The position numbers and the translations under genes are program-made. The notes under the pieces are model-generated. The model worked only from the letters and a program-made list of their open reading frames with translations, had not been told where the DNA came from and did not search any database. Shown piece by piece: positions 12,215 to 25,313 of a stretch of DNA of 64,000 nt. The DNA is from Negaprion brevirostris. Taxonomy: Eukaryota. How positions within the stretch are numbered: the stretch's first letter is position 1; the number at the start of each line of letters is the position of its first letter. The stretch is taken from the NCBI GenBank assembly GCA_030324005.1, contig JARDVH010000073.1:94957878-95021877 (forward strand), written 5' to 3'.

Positions 12215-12770
12215 GCTAGGCCAGTGTTTATTTCCCATCTTGATTGAACCGTTGCAATCTCTGTGGTGTAGATACACCCACAGTGCTGTTAGGAAGAGCA
12301 TTCCGGGATTTTGCCCCAGTGACAGTCGGGATGGGATGTGATTTAGAGGGAGCTTCCAGATGACAGTGTTCCCATGTGACATGCACTCTTATCGTTATGG
12401 ATTGTAGCAGTTGTAAGTTTGGAAAGTGCTACCTAAGGAACCTTGGGTGTGTTCTGCAGTGCATCCTGTAGAAGGTACACAGCACTGCCACTGTTCATTG
12501 GTGGTGGCAGGATTGAATATTTGTGGAAGGGATCCCAATCATTGTCCAACTTCTTCAGTGTTGTTGGAGCTGCACTTATCCAGGTAACTAAAGATAGTCC
12601 ATCACACTCCTAACTTGTGTCTTGTAGATGGTGAATAGAGTTTAGGGAGTCAGAAGGTGAGTTACTTGCCACAGGATTCCTAGCCTCTGACCTGCCCTTG
12701 AAGCCACTGTATTTAAATGACTACTCTAGTTTCTGGTCAATTGCAACCCCCAGAATGTTGTTAGGAGATT
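12215..12770 (-). mobile_element. LINE 3' fragment of a second common shark family (also at ~24620-25220, 34650-35215, 51600-51720, 52600-52870, 59900-60060)
   Basis: Shared blocks gtgtagatacacccacagtgctgttagga..ttccaggattttg..cagtgacagtg across the listed copies. Confidence 0.55.
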
Positions 12771-13200
12771 TAGAGCTTTATGCATTATCTTGACTGACTC
12801 AGCACAACATGAATTGGCCAAATGGTTAAATGAGTTGCTGCAAACAATCCTGAGTGAAGTTTCTGATAAATACTTCACCTTCATAAAAATTAACAAGACC
12901 TGATGAGTGCAAGATGAAAAGCCTTTACAGTATATTCTCCTGGCCAGCAGCGATAATTATTTTTGTTGTTTCTCATTTATTCTTTAATGACCTATTATAT
13001 TTTGAAATTTTTTCTGTGCTCCATTACCAAAGATCTGCCTGTCTAGCACCCCTTCCAGGTGCTCTTTATATTTATCCTCACATCTTGAAACTTCTGAAAT
13101 AAAAGCAAAATACTGTGGATGCCAGAGATCTGAAATAAAATGCTGGAAAAACCTTTCTGAATGATCCAACTTGAAAATGCTTTGTTCTTTTTATTCCTAG

Positions 13201-13623
13201 TTGCACCAAAAGTGTCACAAATTCAAGGACCTGCACAAGTTGTACACAAAGAACTTGCAGAGTTTGTGTGCCAAGTGTCTGGATATCGACCCAATGTTAT
13301 TACTATCAGCTGGTATTTGCAGAGGTGCAATGACGATGAAATTAATTTGATCGCTGAATGGCAAGAAAACGACATATTCCGTTTCCCTTTCATCAGTGAC
13401 AGGAAACTAGAAAGCACTGGTAATAAAAATGAAAATGATATGGCATGGAAAGTCAAGGCAGTCAGTTTCCAGAAAAATGATGATGGAACATTCAGCCTTT
13501 CCAGTGTTCTTGAGGTTTATCCTGACATCAATGTGGACAATAATGCAAAAATCACATGTAAAGTGATGCATGCATCTGACAGTGAAGGCATCACCAGAAA
13601 GATTGACTTAAAAATTAAGGGAG
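13201..13623 (+). CDS. Post-TM C1-type Ig exon 1 (141 aa, long C-D insertion)
   Basis: Acceptor ttattcctag|13201 and donor 13623|gtaagc, phase 1-1. VAPKVSQIQGP..FVCQVSGYRP..ISW..KNDDGTFSLSSVL..ITCKVMH. Confidence 0.88.
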
Positions 13624-16020
13624 GTAAGCTTTTAATCAAAATCTACTATTCCATTAGGTAGAACATCTGAACTCTTTCCAATCTCCACTGTTTTGTGATC
13701 ATATTAAATGTTGCAAACCCAAGACCTGCCACTCCTAGATCTGCCACTCTTGAGTTTTCAAATTAATGATTAGTGATATTTGCAGCAACCTTTTATGGAT
13801 GTCCACATGCTTCTCCAGTTGAATATTGCCATGTTGTTTCAGTGAGTTACCTGAGAGTGGGCCTCTTGACAAAGTTTGCCCTCTTCTCATAGATTACTGT
13901 GTTAAAATTACATGTGTTGTAGTAAAATTATCCATCTAGAATTCTATCTGAGTGTTTTTAAGTTATATGATTACTAACTTAAGCAATAAAGCTATATGAA
14001 ATTGAAAAGGTAAATTGGAGGGACAGCAGCACTGAAATGTTCAATATAGCATCAATAGACTAGAATATATCTGGAACCAAGGCTGTGAAAAATTGTGGAG
14101 GGAGTGGGGGAGAATTACAGCAATCCAGCAGAGAACAGAATGGAACCTTAAGAAAAGTCTTTAGTCATTAGTTAACAACAACAAGGNNNNNNNNNNNNNN
14201 NNNNNNNNNNNNNNNNNNNNNNNNNNNNNNNNNNNNNNNNNNNNNNNNNNNNNNNNNNNNNNNNNNNNNNNNNNNNNNNNNNNNNNACAAGGTATAAAAC
14301 ATGTTGCTTTGTAGTTCAGTGTTTCCTCTTCTAACCCTAATGCCAAAACGCAGTCTTATAGATTTTTTTCCATTAATAGCATTATGGCTTTTTTAATTAA
14401 TGGCACAAAGTAGGAAATGAGTGTTCTACCTTAAATTATATATTGTTAAAAGGAAATAGTATAGACTTCAATATCATTTTGTAACCGTTTTGTAGCTTTT
14501 CTGGCCCTTGCACCCTTTTCACCTCTTTTTTTTAATATTTTGATTTTCTATCACACTCTAGCTCTAGTTTTGTCATATTTCTTCCCCGTTTATCTTTTAC
14601 CTCCACTCCTTCCTTTGTTGCATTGTTTTGTGCCTCATCTAACATTTGAAAAATCTTCACTGCTGATCCATGGTCCTATTTACCAACTTAAAATCATACC
14701 ATCGTATTACCCAATTATTCTTATGTCTGTCTGAGATGTTGACATATTTCATCTGCCATCTTATCTTTACTATTTGCTGGCCTGCTTCAGTACACAGAAA
14801 CATTTGTCTTCTATTCCTTAACTTTACCCATATAGATTTTGTTCTAACCTAAGCCTTTAAAATATCCTTGCATTTTAACAGTGGGATAAAATGCTTAATG
14901 CACACTTGACCTCACTTTTTTCCTTCTGCATCTCTCCTGAAGAAGCTTAAGCAGGAATATTAAGTTCCCAGTTTGTCCAAACCTTAAATAATTTTGATTA
15001 TAGCTACTATATCATATCCATAAGCTACCAGTTCATTCAGTTTGTTTTAACTGCTTTGTCCATTTGTTTACATACCACTCAATTTTGAGTCCAATTTTCT
15101 TTTTGGTTTATTGTTTTTTTTTCTTTTTCCTAGTTATAAGTTTTTGCTATCTTTTTATTCTTTTTGCTTCTCATTACCTCAAAGACCCTTTCTCATCTAA
15201 CATTTTACCATTGCATTTTCCCAATTAAGCCTTCTGCTTCTACTCCAACAGCTTGTCCCCCTCTAATCTCAAGCCTATTTTTCTCACCACTTCCTCAACA
15301 TACTTGTTACATTCTTCTTGCTGACCTATTTATCCTCTTCACAAGGATGGTGGTGTCACTTTGGATGGGATGAAGGCTCCTTGGCTTCAATTTGCTCCCT
15401 TCTGTGGCTTTGGTGCTCAAGTTGGACATGCTGTCTGTTTTCAAACCCATTGACTTTGGTTTTTAGCCGTAAATAAAAAGTTATTTTATTGATAGACTAG
15501 GAAATAACTGGATAGTTGGAGAATATGAGGTTATTTATCTGATTTTAATCTGCTCGAGGTGATTCTCAGCAAATAATGCAATTGAGTTATTGGGAGTACC
15601 CCTTTTTGCCTGCCTCTCCCTTCTTTCCCTCTATTCCATTACATTTACAATCTCCTGTTTCTGTCACTGCCCTGGAGTCAGAGGTGAGATTCTGACCAAT
15701 TTTTTTTTCCCCATTAGCAAAGGAGTCTAGAATTTTGGAGCAATTTTGGGCTGGGAAAGCTGTTGAGGTTAGGTTGGTTTGAATATTTCAGAGTTGAGTT
15801 TGATAGATTTTTGTTGGGCAGGATCATTGAAAGAAAGCATTGTTAAATAATGTCCTTTACAATCTCATGACATGCCAAGGCTCTTTACAACCAATGAAGT
15901 ACAATTGAATTATAGTCTCTGTTGTAGTTATGAGTTATGGAGTCAAGACGAATGGATGGAGTATATTATGTGACAAGTGAAGATGTTCACTTCAACAGAA
16001 AGATTGAAAAAATAGAGAAT

Positions 16021-16306
16021 TAAGTTTAAAGTTTATTTATTAGGGTTACACGTAGGCTTACATTAACACTGCAGTGAAGTTACTGTGAAAATCCCCTAGT
16101 CGCCACACTCTGGCGCCTGTTCGAGTACACTGAAGGAAAATTTTGCATGCCCAAGACACCTAATCACGTCTTTTGGACTGTGGGAGGAAACTGGAGCACT
16201 TGGAGGAAACCCACACAGACACCGGGAGAATGTACAGATTCTTCACAGATAGTGACCCAAGCCAGGTATTGAACCTAGGTCCCTGGTGCTGTGAGGCAGC
16301 AGTACT
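16021..16306 (-). mobile_element. HE1-like SINE
   Basis: Reverse complement of the SINE consensus (ttggactgtgggaggaaactggagcac..gaaacccac..gacccaagcc). Confidence 0.85.
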
Positions 16307-17388
16307 NNNNNNNNNNNNNNNNNNNNNNNNNNNNNNNNNNNNNNNNNNNNNNNNNNNNNNNNNNNNNNNNNNNNNNNNNNNNNNNNNNNNNNNNNNNNNN
16401 NNNNNNNNNNNNNNNNNNNNNNNNNNNNNNNNNNNNNNNNNNNNNNNNNNNNNNNNNNNNNNNNNNNNNNNNNNNNNNNNNNNNNNNNNNNNNNNNNNNN
16501 NNNNNNNNNNNNNNNNNNNNNNNNNNNNNNNNNNNNNNNNNNNNNNNNNNNNNNNNNNNNNNNNNNNNNNNNNNNNNNNNNNNNNNNNNNNNNNNNNNNN
16601 NNNNNNNNNNNNNNNNNNNNNNNNNNNNNNNNNNNNNNNNNNNNNNNNNNNNNNNNNNNNNNNNNNNNNNNNNNNNNNNNNNNNNNNNNNNNNNNNNNNN
16701 NNNNNNNNNNNNNNNNNNNNNNNNNNNNNNNNNNNNNNNNNNNNNNNNNNNNNNNNNNNNNNNNNNNNNNNNNNNNNNNNNNNNNNNNNNNNNNNNNNNN
16801 NNNNNNNNNNNNNNNNNNNNNNNNNNNNNNNNNNNNNNNNNNNNNNNNNNNNNNNNNNNNNNNNNNNNNNNNNNCTTTAAGATGGAGGTTGATAGATTTT
16901 TGTTAGGTGAGGAAATCAGACCAAAGGTTATTGGGCGTAGAGGGGAATATGAAATGTGAAACATAACAGGCTTAAGGGGCTGAATGGCCAACTTCTATTT
17001 TGTTTGGAGTTAAGCTAGTGAACACCGATATCTAATTAGATGGTGGAACATATAGCTGGTCCCATGTTTCCAATTCCATCCTGAGTGACGTTATCTTTTT
17101 GTTATGCTTGTCCTGAATTTGGAATGGCACTGCTGGCGTGTCGGGGGATTGGTACGTGATAGAAACAAGAGCAGCAGCATGGGTTAGGATGCAGGAGGTA
17201 GAACAGAGAGCAGATCACTTGTATAACTTACAGAAAAATGAAAAGGTGTAAGATAATGGACACAATATTGTTTGCTTAATACATAAATAGATAATATTCT
17301 CTAATTATAAAAAGATGAACCAATAACATTTATCTTGAGAAGTTGTACCATTAAAACTGAATGCTTTGTGTCTTTTTTCCCTCTTTAG

Positions 17389-17751
17389 TTCCTCCTAAGT
17401 TGGCTAACATAATTAAACCTCCAGTTGTGCACCATAACAATTCTGTGATGCTGACTTGTCCGATAAATTTCTTCAAGCCACACCCTCTGAAGATCCTATG
17501 GTATAAAATAATAGATGGAAAGAAAATCCCTTTGCTGAAACACGATAATGGAGCTGAAGAGAATTTCTATTTGAAGGAATATACCCATTTAATGATTAAA
17601 TTTGATTATCCTGACCACACTCACAGTGTCTGCAGCATGCTGCTCTTTACTGCAACAATCCAAGAAGATGAAAACAGTCAGTATTCCTGTGAAGTTGGAC
17701 ACATTGGTTTGAAAGATCCAGTGGAGAAGTCTGTTCGACTGAATGCAAAAG
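17389..17751 (+). CDS. Post-TM C1-type Ig exon 2
   Basis: Acceptor ttttttccctctttag|17389 and donor 17751|gtaaca, phase 1-1. VPPKLANI..MLTCPINFFKP..ILW..HSVCSMLLF..YSCEVGH. Confidence 0.88.
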
Positions 17752-18309
17752 GTAACAGAAACATTTTGTTGATTCTCTTTTATAATGTATTGGTGCCTTC
17801 CTTCTTCTAACATTGCTACGAGGAATTTCAATATGAGGGGATAGAACAAACATCTATTTTGGGCATCTGTTGTCAGGATTAAGCATTTCCAAATGTTTAA
17901 TTGATTGGATGTGAGCAACTATTGCAAATTTGATCACTGCTTATGTTAACCCTCTGTGGCCTTTTTGTGAGAAAGTATTCCTTGGATCCTAGACCATCAG
18001 GTGTTGAGCTGACTCCAACTTTGCTTGTGTAGGACGTATAGGGCATTAAAAGGGGGAGATCATCTTTTTTTTTCTGTGAATGTATTTAAATCCAGAGGTG
18101 AAAGTATAATGTGCTAAATCATGACACTACCCAATTCCAGACTTCTGGATTACAGATAACCTCCATAAATTTGTGTGAATCTAAGTTTATTAAAAAATTT
18201 CATCCAAATTTCATAAAGAATTATTCTTGTAATATAACATATGGAGTACTTTTGTACATCATCGGAGGAAAAGGGCTGATGTTACATTTGTGGTGTGAGG
18301 TGTTTCCCC

Positions 18310-18490
18310 TTGACACATGAAGCAAGACTGGATCAACTGGGCTTGTACTCACTGTCATTTAAAGGAATGATGAGAGGGATTCTCATAGAAACATATAAAA
18401 GCCTGATGGGACTGAACAGGCCAGATGCAGGAAGAATGTTCCCGCTGTTGGGGAAGTCCAGAACTAGGGATCACAGTCTTAAGAATAACA
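18310..18490 (+). mobile_element. CR1 LINE fragment
   Basis: RLDQLGLYSL..RGILIETYK..RMFPLLGKSRTR matches the CR1 ORF2 C-terminus. Confidence 0.8.
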
Positions 18491-19528
18491 TCTACTAGTA
18501 TTGCAGTGAATTTTCACAACAGGCGCACCCAGAGTTTTATTTAATGAATGACACTGATGAGAAAAAGCTGGTAAGTGAGAGTTATGTCTGGGTTGAAAGC
18601 CATATTGTATGGGGTGGAGGTCAGAAGTGGCATTCCAGCATGCGCAGGTTGCTTGTGTGTATCCTACTTGCTCCCTTCAGTGCTGATGTCTGTATCAGCA
18701 GTGAAATGTCATGGATATAGATGGACATCCTGGAATTTGGTGGATGTGAAAAGGGTAGTGCTGCAGAATACAGCTCTGCCTCATGGCCCTGCAATTGCTC
18801 ACAATTCCAATTCCATTAAGGCAGCAATTTTTCAATTTACTGTCACTTATTCTATTATCTATTTATCACAGATATTTTTCTATTCAGATTTCCCATTTTT
18901 TTAAAATCCAGCTTCGTGAAGCTTTTGCTTTCCTTGCACATGGTGAGGTTCTGCTTTCTGTCTTCACTGTTCCATTAGATGCATTAGCCTTGTGCGGTTT
19001 TTTTGAAGGCTTGTTCTCAGTATTAATTAGTTTCTTTCATTTCATCAGGTCCTTATTGNNNNNNNNNNNNNNNNNNNNNNNNNNNNNNNNNNNNNNNNNN
19101 NNNNNNNNNNNNNNNNNNNNNNNNNNNNNNNNNNNNNNNNNNNNNNNNNNNNNNNNNNTTCTTTCATTTCATCAGGTCTTTATTGCATTGATATTTGTGA
19201 GAACTTGCTGTGTACATGGTGATCTTGGACATGTCAGAGTCATTTAAGTTCACATTGCTCAGCCTGCTATCCATAAGGTGTTGAAAAACTGCAGAGAATG
19301 TTAAAAGTGTGCTGACCTTTCTGGGAAACTGCAGCTAATATCCATGCATCCGTTATTGTGCAACCCAGAAGGACAGAATTGTGGGCGCATGCAACATAAA
19401 CCCACATGTCATCAGTGATCGAACAACAGAGGTCACCAGCTTCGACCTCCAACAGGACAGTGGATGGCACTCAACATTGCCCCTCATTGGGCACACACAA
19501 TCTGGGGTGCGATCGTGACCATTGGTTC

Positions 19529-19660
19529 CTGACAATGGAACCCATCGCAACAACCTTTCCACTGATATCTATTACAGGAGGCATCCCATTTCTCCTGGCA
19601 ATGGAATACATCGCAACAACCTTTCCACTAACATCTGTTGCAGGAGGCATCTCATTTCTC
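19529..19660. repeat. Two-copy 66-bp tandem duplication
   Basis: ctgacaatggaacccatcgcaacaacctttccactga..tttctc is repeated at 19595 as ctggcaatggaatacatcgcaacaacctttccactaa..tttctc. Confidence 0.85.
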
Positions 19661-20199
19661 CGCTCAGAAGCCACAGAATAGATAGTAAAACCAGACATCT
19701 CATTATAAGCTGTCCTTGTCATACAAGAGTAGCAATAGTGAAAAAAATGGAAGATTGTTGTGATAAGAAAGCTCAATGAGTTGGAACTAATGCCCTTACA
19801 TAGAGTTGATTCTATACCTTAACTTAGAATGGTTAATGTTGATGGAACACAGTGGAAAATGGTATTGCAGAATCTACTCCCTTCATCATTAAGAGTCCAA
19901 ACCTAAAATAATCACATCTTTTCACAGCTGTTAGTGGACCTGCTGTTCATTCCTAGTGTTTTTTACTTTCAATTCCAATATGCCATCTCTTTTACTTTTA
20001 CTTTTTTGTTGTAATTTATTCTATCAACATCACTAAAAACATACCATCAAGTCTTCATTGCATTGATGTTTGTGAGAACTTGCTGTGCACAAATTGGTTG
20101 CCGTATTTCCTAATTAATCAGTTGGAAAACATTTTGACGCTTTAAAAAAAATTCCTTTCCCATTCTGAATAATAATCAATCTCCTCCTGCACCACCTGT

Positions 20200-20420
20200 C
20201 TAGGATCCAGTTGTAGAGGGAGGAGCTGAGCCCTAGGCCACAGAATTTGGAGATGAGTTTTGTAGAAATAATGATGTTCGAGATTGAGCTGTAGTCAATA
20301 AATAGGAGTCTGACATAAGAGTCCTTGTTATCCAGGTATACGAGGGTTGAGTGTAGGGCTGAGGTGGTGGTGATTGCTGTGGACCTATTGCAGCGCTAGA
20401 TGAACTGTAGTGGATCTAAT
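20200..20420 (-). mobile_element. Rex1/Babar-type non-LTR retrotransposon RT fragment
   Basis: Reverse complement encodes [13 protein letters not shown].., the Rex1-clade RT motif ([15 protein letters not shown]). Confidence 0.6.
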
Positions 20421-20425
20421 CAATT

Positions 20426-20730
20426 GGGTGGCATGGTGACACATTGGTTAGCACTGCTGCGCCTCAGCACCAGGGACCCGATTTCAATTCCTGGCTTGGG
20501 TCACAGTCTGTGTGGAGTTTGCACATTCTCCTTGTGGCTGCATGGGTTTTTTCTGGGTGCTCTGGTTTCCTCCCACAGTCCAAAGACGTGCTGGTTAGGT
20601 GCATTGGCGGTGCTAAATTGTTCCTTGGTGGAGTGGAACAGGCGCCGGAGTGTGGTAACTAGGGGATTTTTACAGTAACTTCATTGTTGTGTTAATGTAA
20701 GCTGACTTGTGACAGTAATAAATACATTTT
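20426..20730 (+). mobile_element. HE1-like SINE
   Basis: ggtggcatggtgacacattggttagcactgctg..ggcttgggtcac..tgacagtaataaata. Confidence 0.85.
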
Positions 20731-20773
20731 AAAAGAATTAGAATAGAGTTTTAGAAACATACAACAAGGACAT

Positions 20774-21106
20774 CATAGAATCCTAGAGTGCAGAAAGAGG
20801 CCATTCGGCCCATCGAGTCTGCACCGACCTCAATCACACCCAGGCCCTACCCCCATATCCCTACATATTTTACCCGCTACTCCCTCTAATCTACGCACCT
20901 CAGGACACTAAGGGGCAATTTTAGCAAGGCCAATCAACCTACCCCGCACATCTTTGGACTGTGGGAGGAAACCAGAGCACCTGGAGGAAACCCACGCAGA
21001 CACGAAGAGAATGTGCAAACTCCACACAGACAGTGACCTGGCTGGGAATCGAACCCAGGTCCCTGGAGCTGTGAAGCAGCAGTGCTAACCACTGTGCCAC
21101 CATGCC
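20774..21106 (-). mobile_element. HE1-like SINE with CR1-type tail (tail-to-tail with the previous copy)
   Basis: Near full-length reverse copy ending gctaaccactgtgccaccatgcc. Confidence 0.88.
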
Positions 21107-21536
21107 ACCCATTGTGAGGAGGTACAATCAGAACAAGAAGGGGGTTAGAGTCCATTCTTTTCACAGTACAGATTTTTGCATTCTAGGAACATGTGTTCAG
21201 GGACAGGGAAGCGATTTGCAAGGTTACCACATTAATGTCTGCAAATTAAGAACACCTCGGCATACTGAAATATAAGTCGTGACCATTTTGTCCACCCAAA
21301 TAGTATCTGGTCAGAGTTAAGAGGGGAGCTGGGCGTTCACTCACCCACACCCCATTTTCGGGGCAAATCACTNNNNNNNNNNNNNNNNNNNNNNNNNNNN
21401 NNNNNNNNNNNNNNNNNNNNNNNNNNNNNNNNNNNNNNNNNNNNNNNNNNNNNNNNNNNNNNNNNNNNNNNNNNNNNNNNNNNNNNNNNNNNNNNNNNNN
21501 NNNNNNNNNNNNNNNNNNNNNNNNNNNNNNNNNNNN

Positions 21537-21838
21537 TCTTAATGCGATCATCAGTGAGCCAAGGAACCCTGTAATTGGAAAACAATTGACTTTGACCTGC
21601 AAAGTGCATTCATTTTACCCTAAAGATATTAGTGTTCAGTGGTTGAAAAATGAAGATGTTATTACAGATACAAAAACATCTGAAATAGTTAAAAATCCTG
21701 AAAGTGTGTTGTATGAACTTACCAGTTCATGCACATTTACTGCAACATTATCAGACCTAAGCAGTAAATATAAATGCCAGGTTCATCATGACAGTCTTCC
21801 ATATCCAAGGTTTGCAGAATATATTCCTGAAAGTTTAG
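21537..21838 (+). CDS. Post-TM C1-type Ig exon 3 (5' edge hidden in N gap 21373-21536)
   Basis: Open frame from the gap edge: LNAIISEPRNPVIGKQLTLTCKVHSFYPKDISVQWLKN..LYELTSSCTF..YKCQVHHDSL. Donor 21838|gtatgt, phase 1. Acceptor not visible. Confidence 0.85.
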
Positions 21839-22458
21839 GTATGTTTATTCTTAGTTTTAAAAATATAAAAATGAGGATGTCTTATTTATAATCAAATTAT
21901 CTTGCATTCTAATTTCACAAAATGTATTTAGTAAAATTAATGATGTTGTTCCCCACCTTTAACTTTTCATGCTTGAATGTAGTTATCAGCTGTTTCTGTT
22001 GTGCAAAGAGCACTACTGGAATTTAAAAGTGTTCTAATGGTACAAAATGGTTAAGTGCACCTCATGGTACCCCAAATAGGTTTGTAAGAGAATTTCACTA
22101 CAACAAGTAATTATTCAGGGCAGATTTCAGCTGAGACACAGGTTATGCTGGTAGCTATCTTACTTTGGCTGTGGTAAAATCAGCTTACTGTCATCAAAAT
22201 GAAATTCAGTTTTGAAGTTATTGGTGCGTTGATGGGAATTTTTTGTTCCTGGGGCCTTTATAAGTTTTTGGCATGCTGTACTTAAAATAATCTAGGTGAA
22301 GTGGAGAGGAAAGTCACAAAACCGGGTGTAAGAAATTTGGTTACATTCTTACTATGCATATTAAAATTACATCTGGTATTGGTNNNNNNNNNNNNNNNNN
22401 NNNNNNNNNNNNNNNNNNNNNNNNNNNNNNNNNNNNNNNNNNNNNNNNNNNNNNNNNN

Positions 22459-22640
22459 CCTTAATTACGGATTCAAGCATTTTTCCTACAACAGACGTTA
22501 AACTAACCGGCCTATAATTCCCTGCCTTTTGCCTGTTACCCTTTTTAAACAGCGGCGTAACTTTAGCCTTTTTCCAATCTTCCGGCACTTCCCCGGAATC
22601 CAGCAAGGTTTGGAAAATAATCACTAATTTTCCTACTGTG
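22459..22640 (-). mobile_element. CR1 RT fragment
   Basis: SGEVPEDWKKAKVTPLFKKGNRQKAGNYRPVSLTSVVGKMLE. Confidence 0.85.
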
Positions 22641-23113
22641 GAATGACAAATCAGCAGCACGATTATTACGTTGTCTTTTTTCCCAGTGTTTTAAATTATA
22701 TATAACCCAGTTACTCTGTTGCAAGTTCAGGTAATGTGCCAAAATCCTAGTGACAATCTTCTGATAGTTATGACTATTCTCAGTTGAAGCTACAATTTTC
22801 TTGATCTGCATGATGTCCTAGTGGTAAAATATAGTTAATTTTTGGAAAGAAAGGCTGAGTAACTATTTCTGTGGAGTTTTGCAATGATAGACTAACCTGG
22901 AGAATAACATTAATTTAAAATTTTAAAACTCGTTTGCATAAGTGGGGCTATCTAAATGTAGCACCAAATGTGAATAGCCTACTTGTTTGCTGCTTTCCAG
23001 TTACAAGCCTTGAATAAATTCAACATAGTTTGTTACACAATTTTTGGTATTTATGTTTGCAACAAATATTGGAATGTTGTACTTCAGTTTTTCTTAATGT
23101 ATTTCTATTTCAG

Positions 23114-23440
23114 TATCTTTTCCCAAAGTCTCTGAAATTACCTGCAATCCAGCTACCCCTGAACTAGGGAGAGAATTGACTTTAACCTGTAAGATAAGTG
23201 AATTTTATCCAGAGGATATTCAAGTTGAATGGTTCAGAAATGAGGTGCGAATAAATGAAGGTGTAAAACACAGAATAGTTACGGGAACATCACAGTGTGA
23301 AAATGGTCTGTACATCAACATCTCCACGGTAACCATGACTCCAAGTTCTGATGATCATCAAGCTGAATATAGAATTGAAGTCTGTCATTCCAAATCTTCA
23401 ACCAAACCTTTTAAGCAATGTTATCAACTACTTCTTAAAG
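23114..23440 (+). CDS. Post-TM C1-type Ig exon 4 (F-strand Cys displaced)
   Basis: Acceptor atttctatttcag|23114 and donor 23440|gtgagt, phase 1-1. VSFPKVSEITCNP..LTLTCKISEFYPEDIQVEWFRN..NGLYINISTV..AEYRIEVCH. Confidence 0.88.
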
Positions 23441-25313
23441 GTGAGTTTCTTTTTCTGTGTGGTGAAGCGAGCCATGTTGGTAATTTTTCAAAGACCTTAA
23501 TGAGGAAGCTATTGTGAATTGATTACAGGATTTGTCTCTTGCTCTGTGAGAGGTTGACAAAAATGTATTTGAAATACTAAAACATCACCTTAATTGTGCA
23601 GTTATATCTTCCCTTTCATTTTATTTGTTCTGAATGAGTGGCTCAATTTGCCACTGTTTAATTAACATTATTGAAAAGTATATTTTTCAAACATACAAAT
23701 TAAGAGCAAGAGTAGGCCCCTAGAGGCCACTCCTAATTATACAAAATTTGCCAATGTTAGTACCATTTTCTGCTTCATCTTGGCCTGTGGAGCCTAAGGT
23801 AAACATGTGCAACAATGAAAGGTCTGCTTACTATGTTTAACTTTTGAATATTGTTACAATGAGGTTAGCAGGAGTGAACTGACTCCTTTCTTTATCGCAT
23901 TCCTGAGTTAATTGTGACAGAATTTGAATTTTAAAGGAAGCTGCTGTGGCCAATGCAATTATATATTTAATTGTGTATAGCTCGGTGGAAGAAATAAGCC
24001 AGCCAAGTTATTCAAGTTAGTTTTTTAATTGCTGAAGCTTAATCAGGTATAAGTGCAGAAAAAAATTAACAGAAGTTTTAAAATGTGCCAATATGTTTTA
24101 ATAGCCCTGATGCAAAAACAACATGCACCAAACATGCACAAAATGAGAAAAAATTCTAACTGCCAGATCTTAAAATAAAATTGGCCAAGTGGCAAGTCAG
24201 AAAAAAAAATTGACATATCGTCCAAGAGGACTTCTGTTTTAGAGCTGAAGAATCCCATTCTGCGTTGGAGCAGTTACCTGCAATCATGGCTGATTTAGAA
24301 TTCTCCTTTGAGAACTCTTGGTTTGTAGCAATAAAGTCTCAAATTACAGACAGCTCAGCTTTGATGAGAGAGGTTTCAGAAGAGAGATGGGCTAACTTTC
24401 TGATTGTCTTACATCCAGCATATTTTTTTCACCCAAGAGCTGGAACATGTGACCCCTCTCTGAGAGCTGCATAGATTAAGGGTCTCTACAAAAGCAGCTG
24501 ATATCCTCCACTAATTCAGCGTAGTGGCTGCTATAGCCAGTATCCTTTGGTTAGAAAAAAAATGTTCAGCCGATCATGTTATAGATGAATATTTTATATA
24601 ACATTTCTTCACAACAGTATGAAGGAAAACCTGACCACATCCCCTTGATGTTCAATGGCATTATCATCACTGAATCCCCACCATCACTGTCAATATCCTG
24701 GAGTCACCAATGGCCAGAAACTCTATTGGATAAGCCACATAAATGTCTCAGCCACAAGAGATTTGATACTCTGTGGTGAGTGGCTCACCTGACTCACCAG
24801 GAACTTTCCACTTCTGCAAAGCTGCGATTGAATACTGTTTGTGTAGCTCTTTGGGTGCACTTCAGCATAAATGAAGAATCTCACCATTAACTAGTACAGG
24901 CTACCGAATTGACACCCTGTCTAGTATAAATGTTCTCTTATTCCACCTGTGGTGTACTGTGGGTGCAATGTGAACTATGTACAGGAAACATTGCAACAAG
25001 TTGTCAAAACTGCCCAAACCTGTGACCTTCAACACCTGGAAGGACATGATTTGGACATAGAATGCCGTTCCTTCTACACCTAGGCCAAATTCCTGAAATT
25101 CCCTACCTGTATGCTGGTTCCCTACCTATAATCTACGGGAACCTGATACAGCAGTTTATCACCTCTTTGAGGGTGAATGGAGTTGAGTAACAAATAGCAG
25201 CCTTGTCAATATGACCTGTCCAAAAAATAATTAAAATGACATGTTGGCAGATAGGATGTGGCTTAGTTTGGTCTTTTGTATTAATTAAATATATTATTTT
25301 TCTCTGTTTATAG

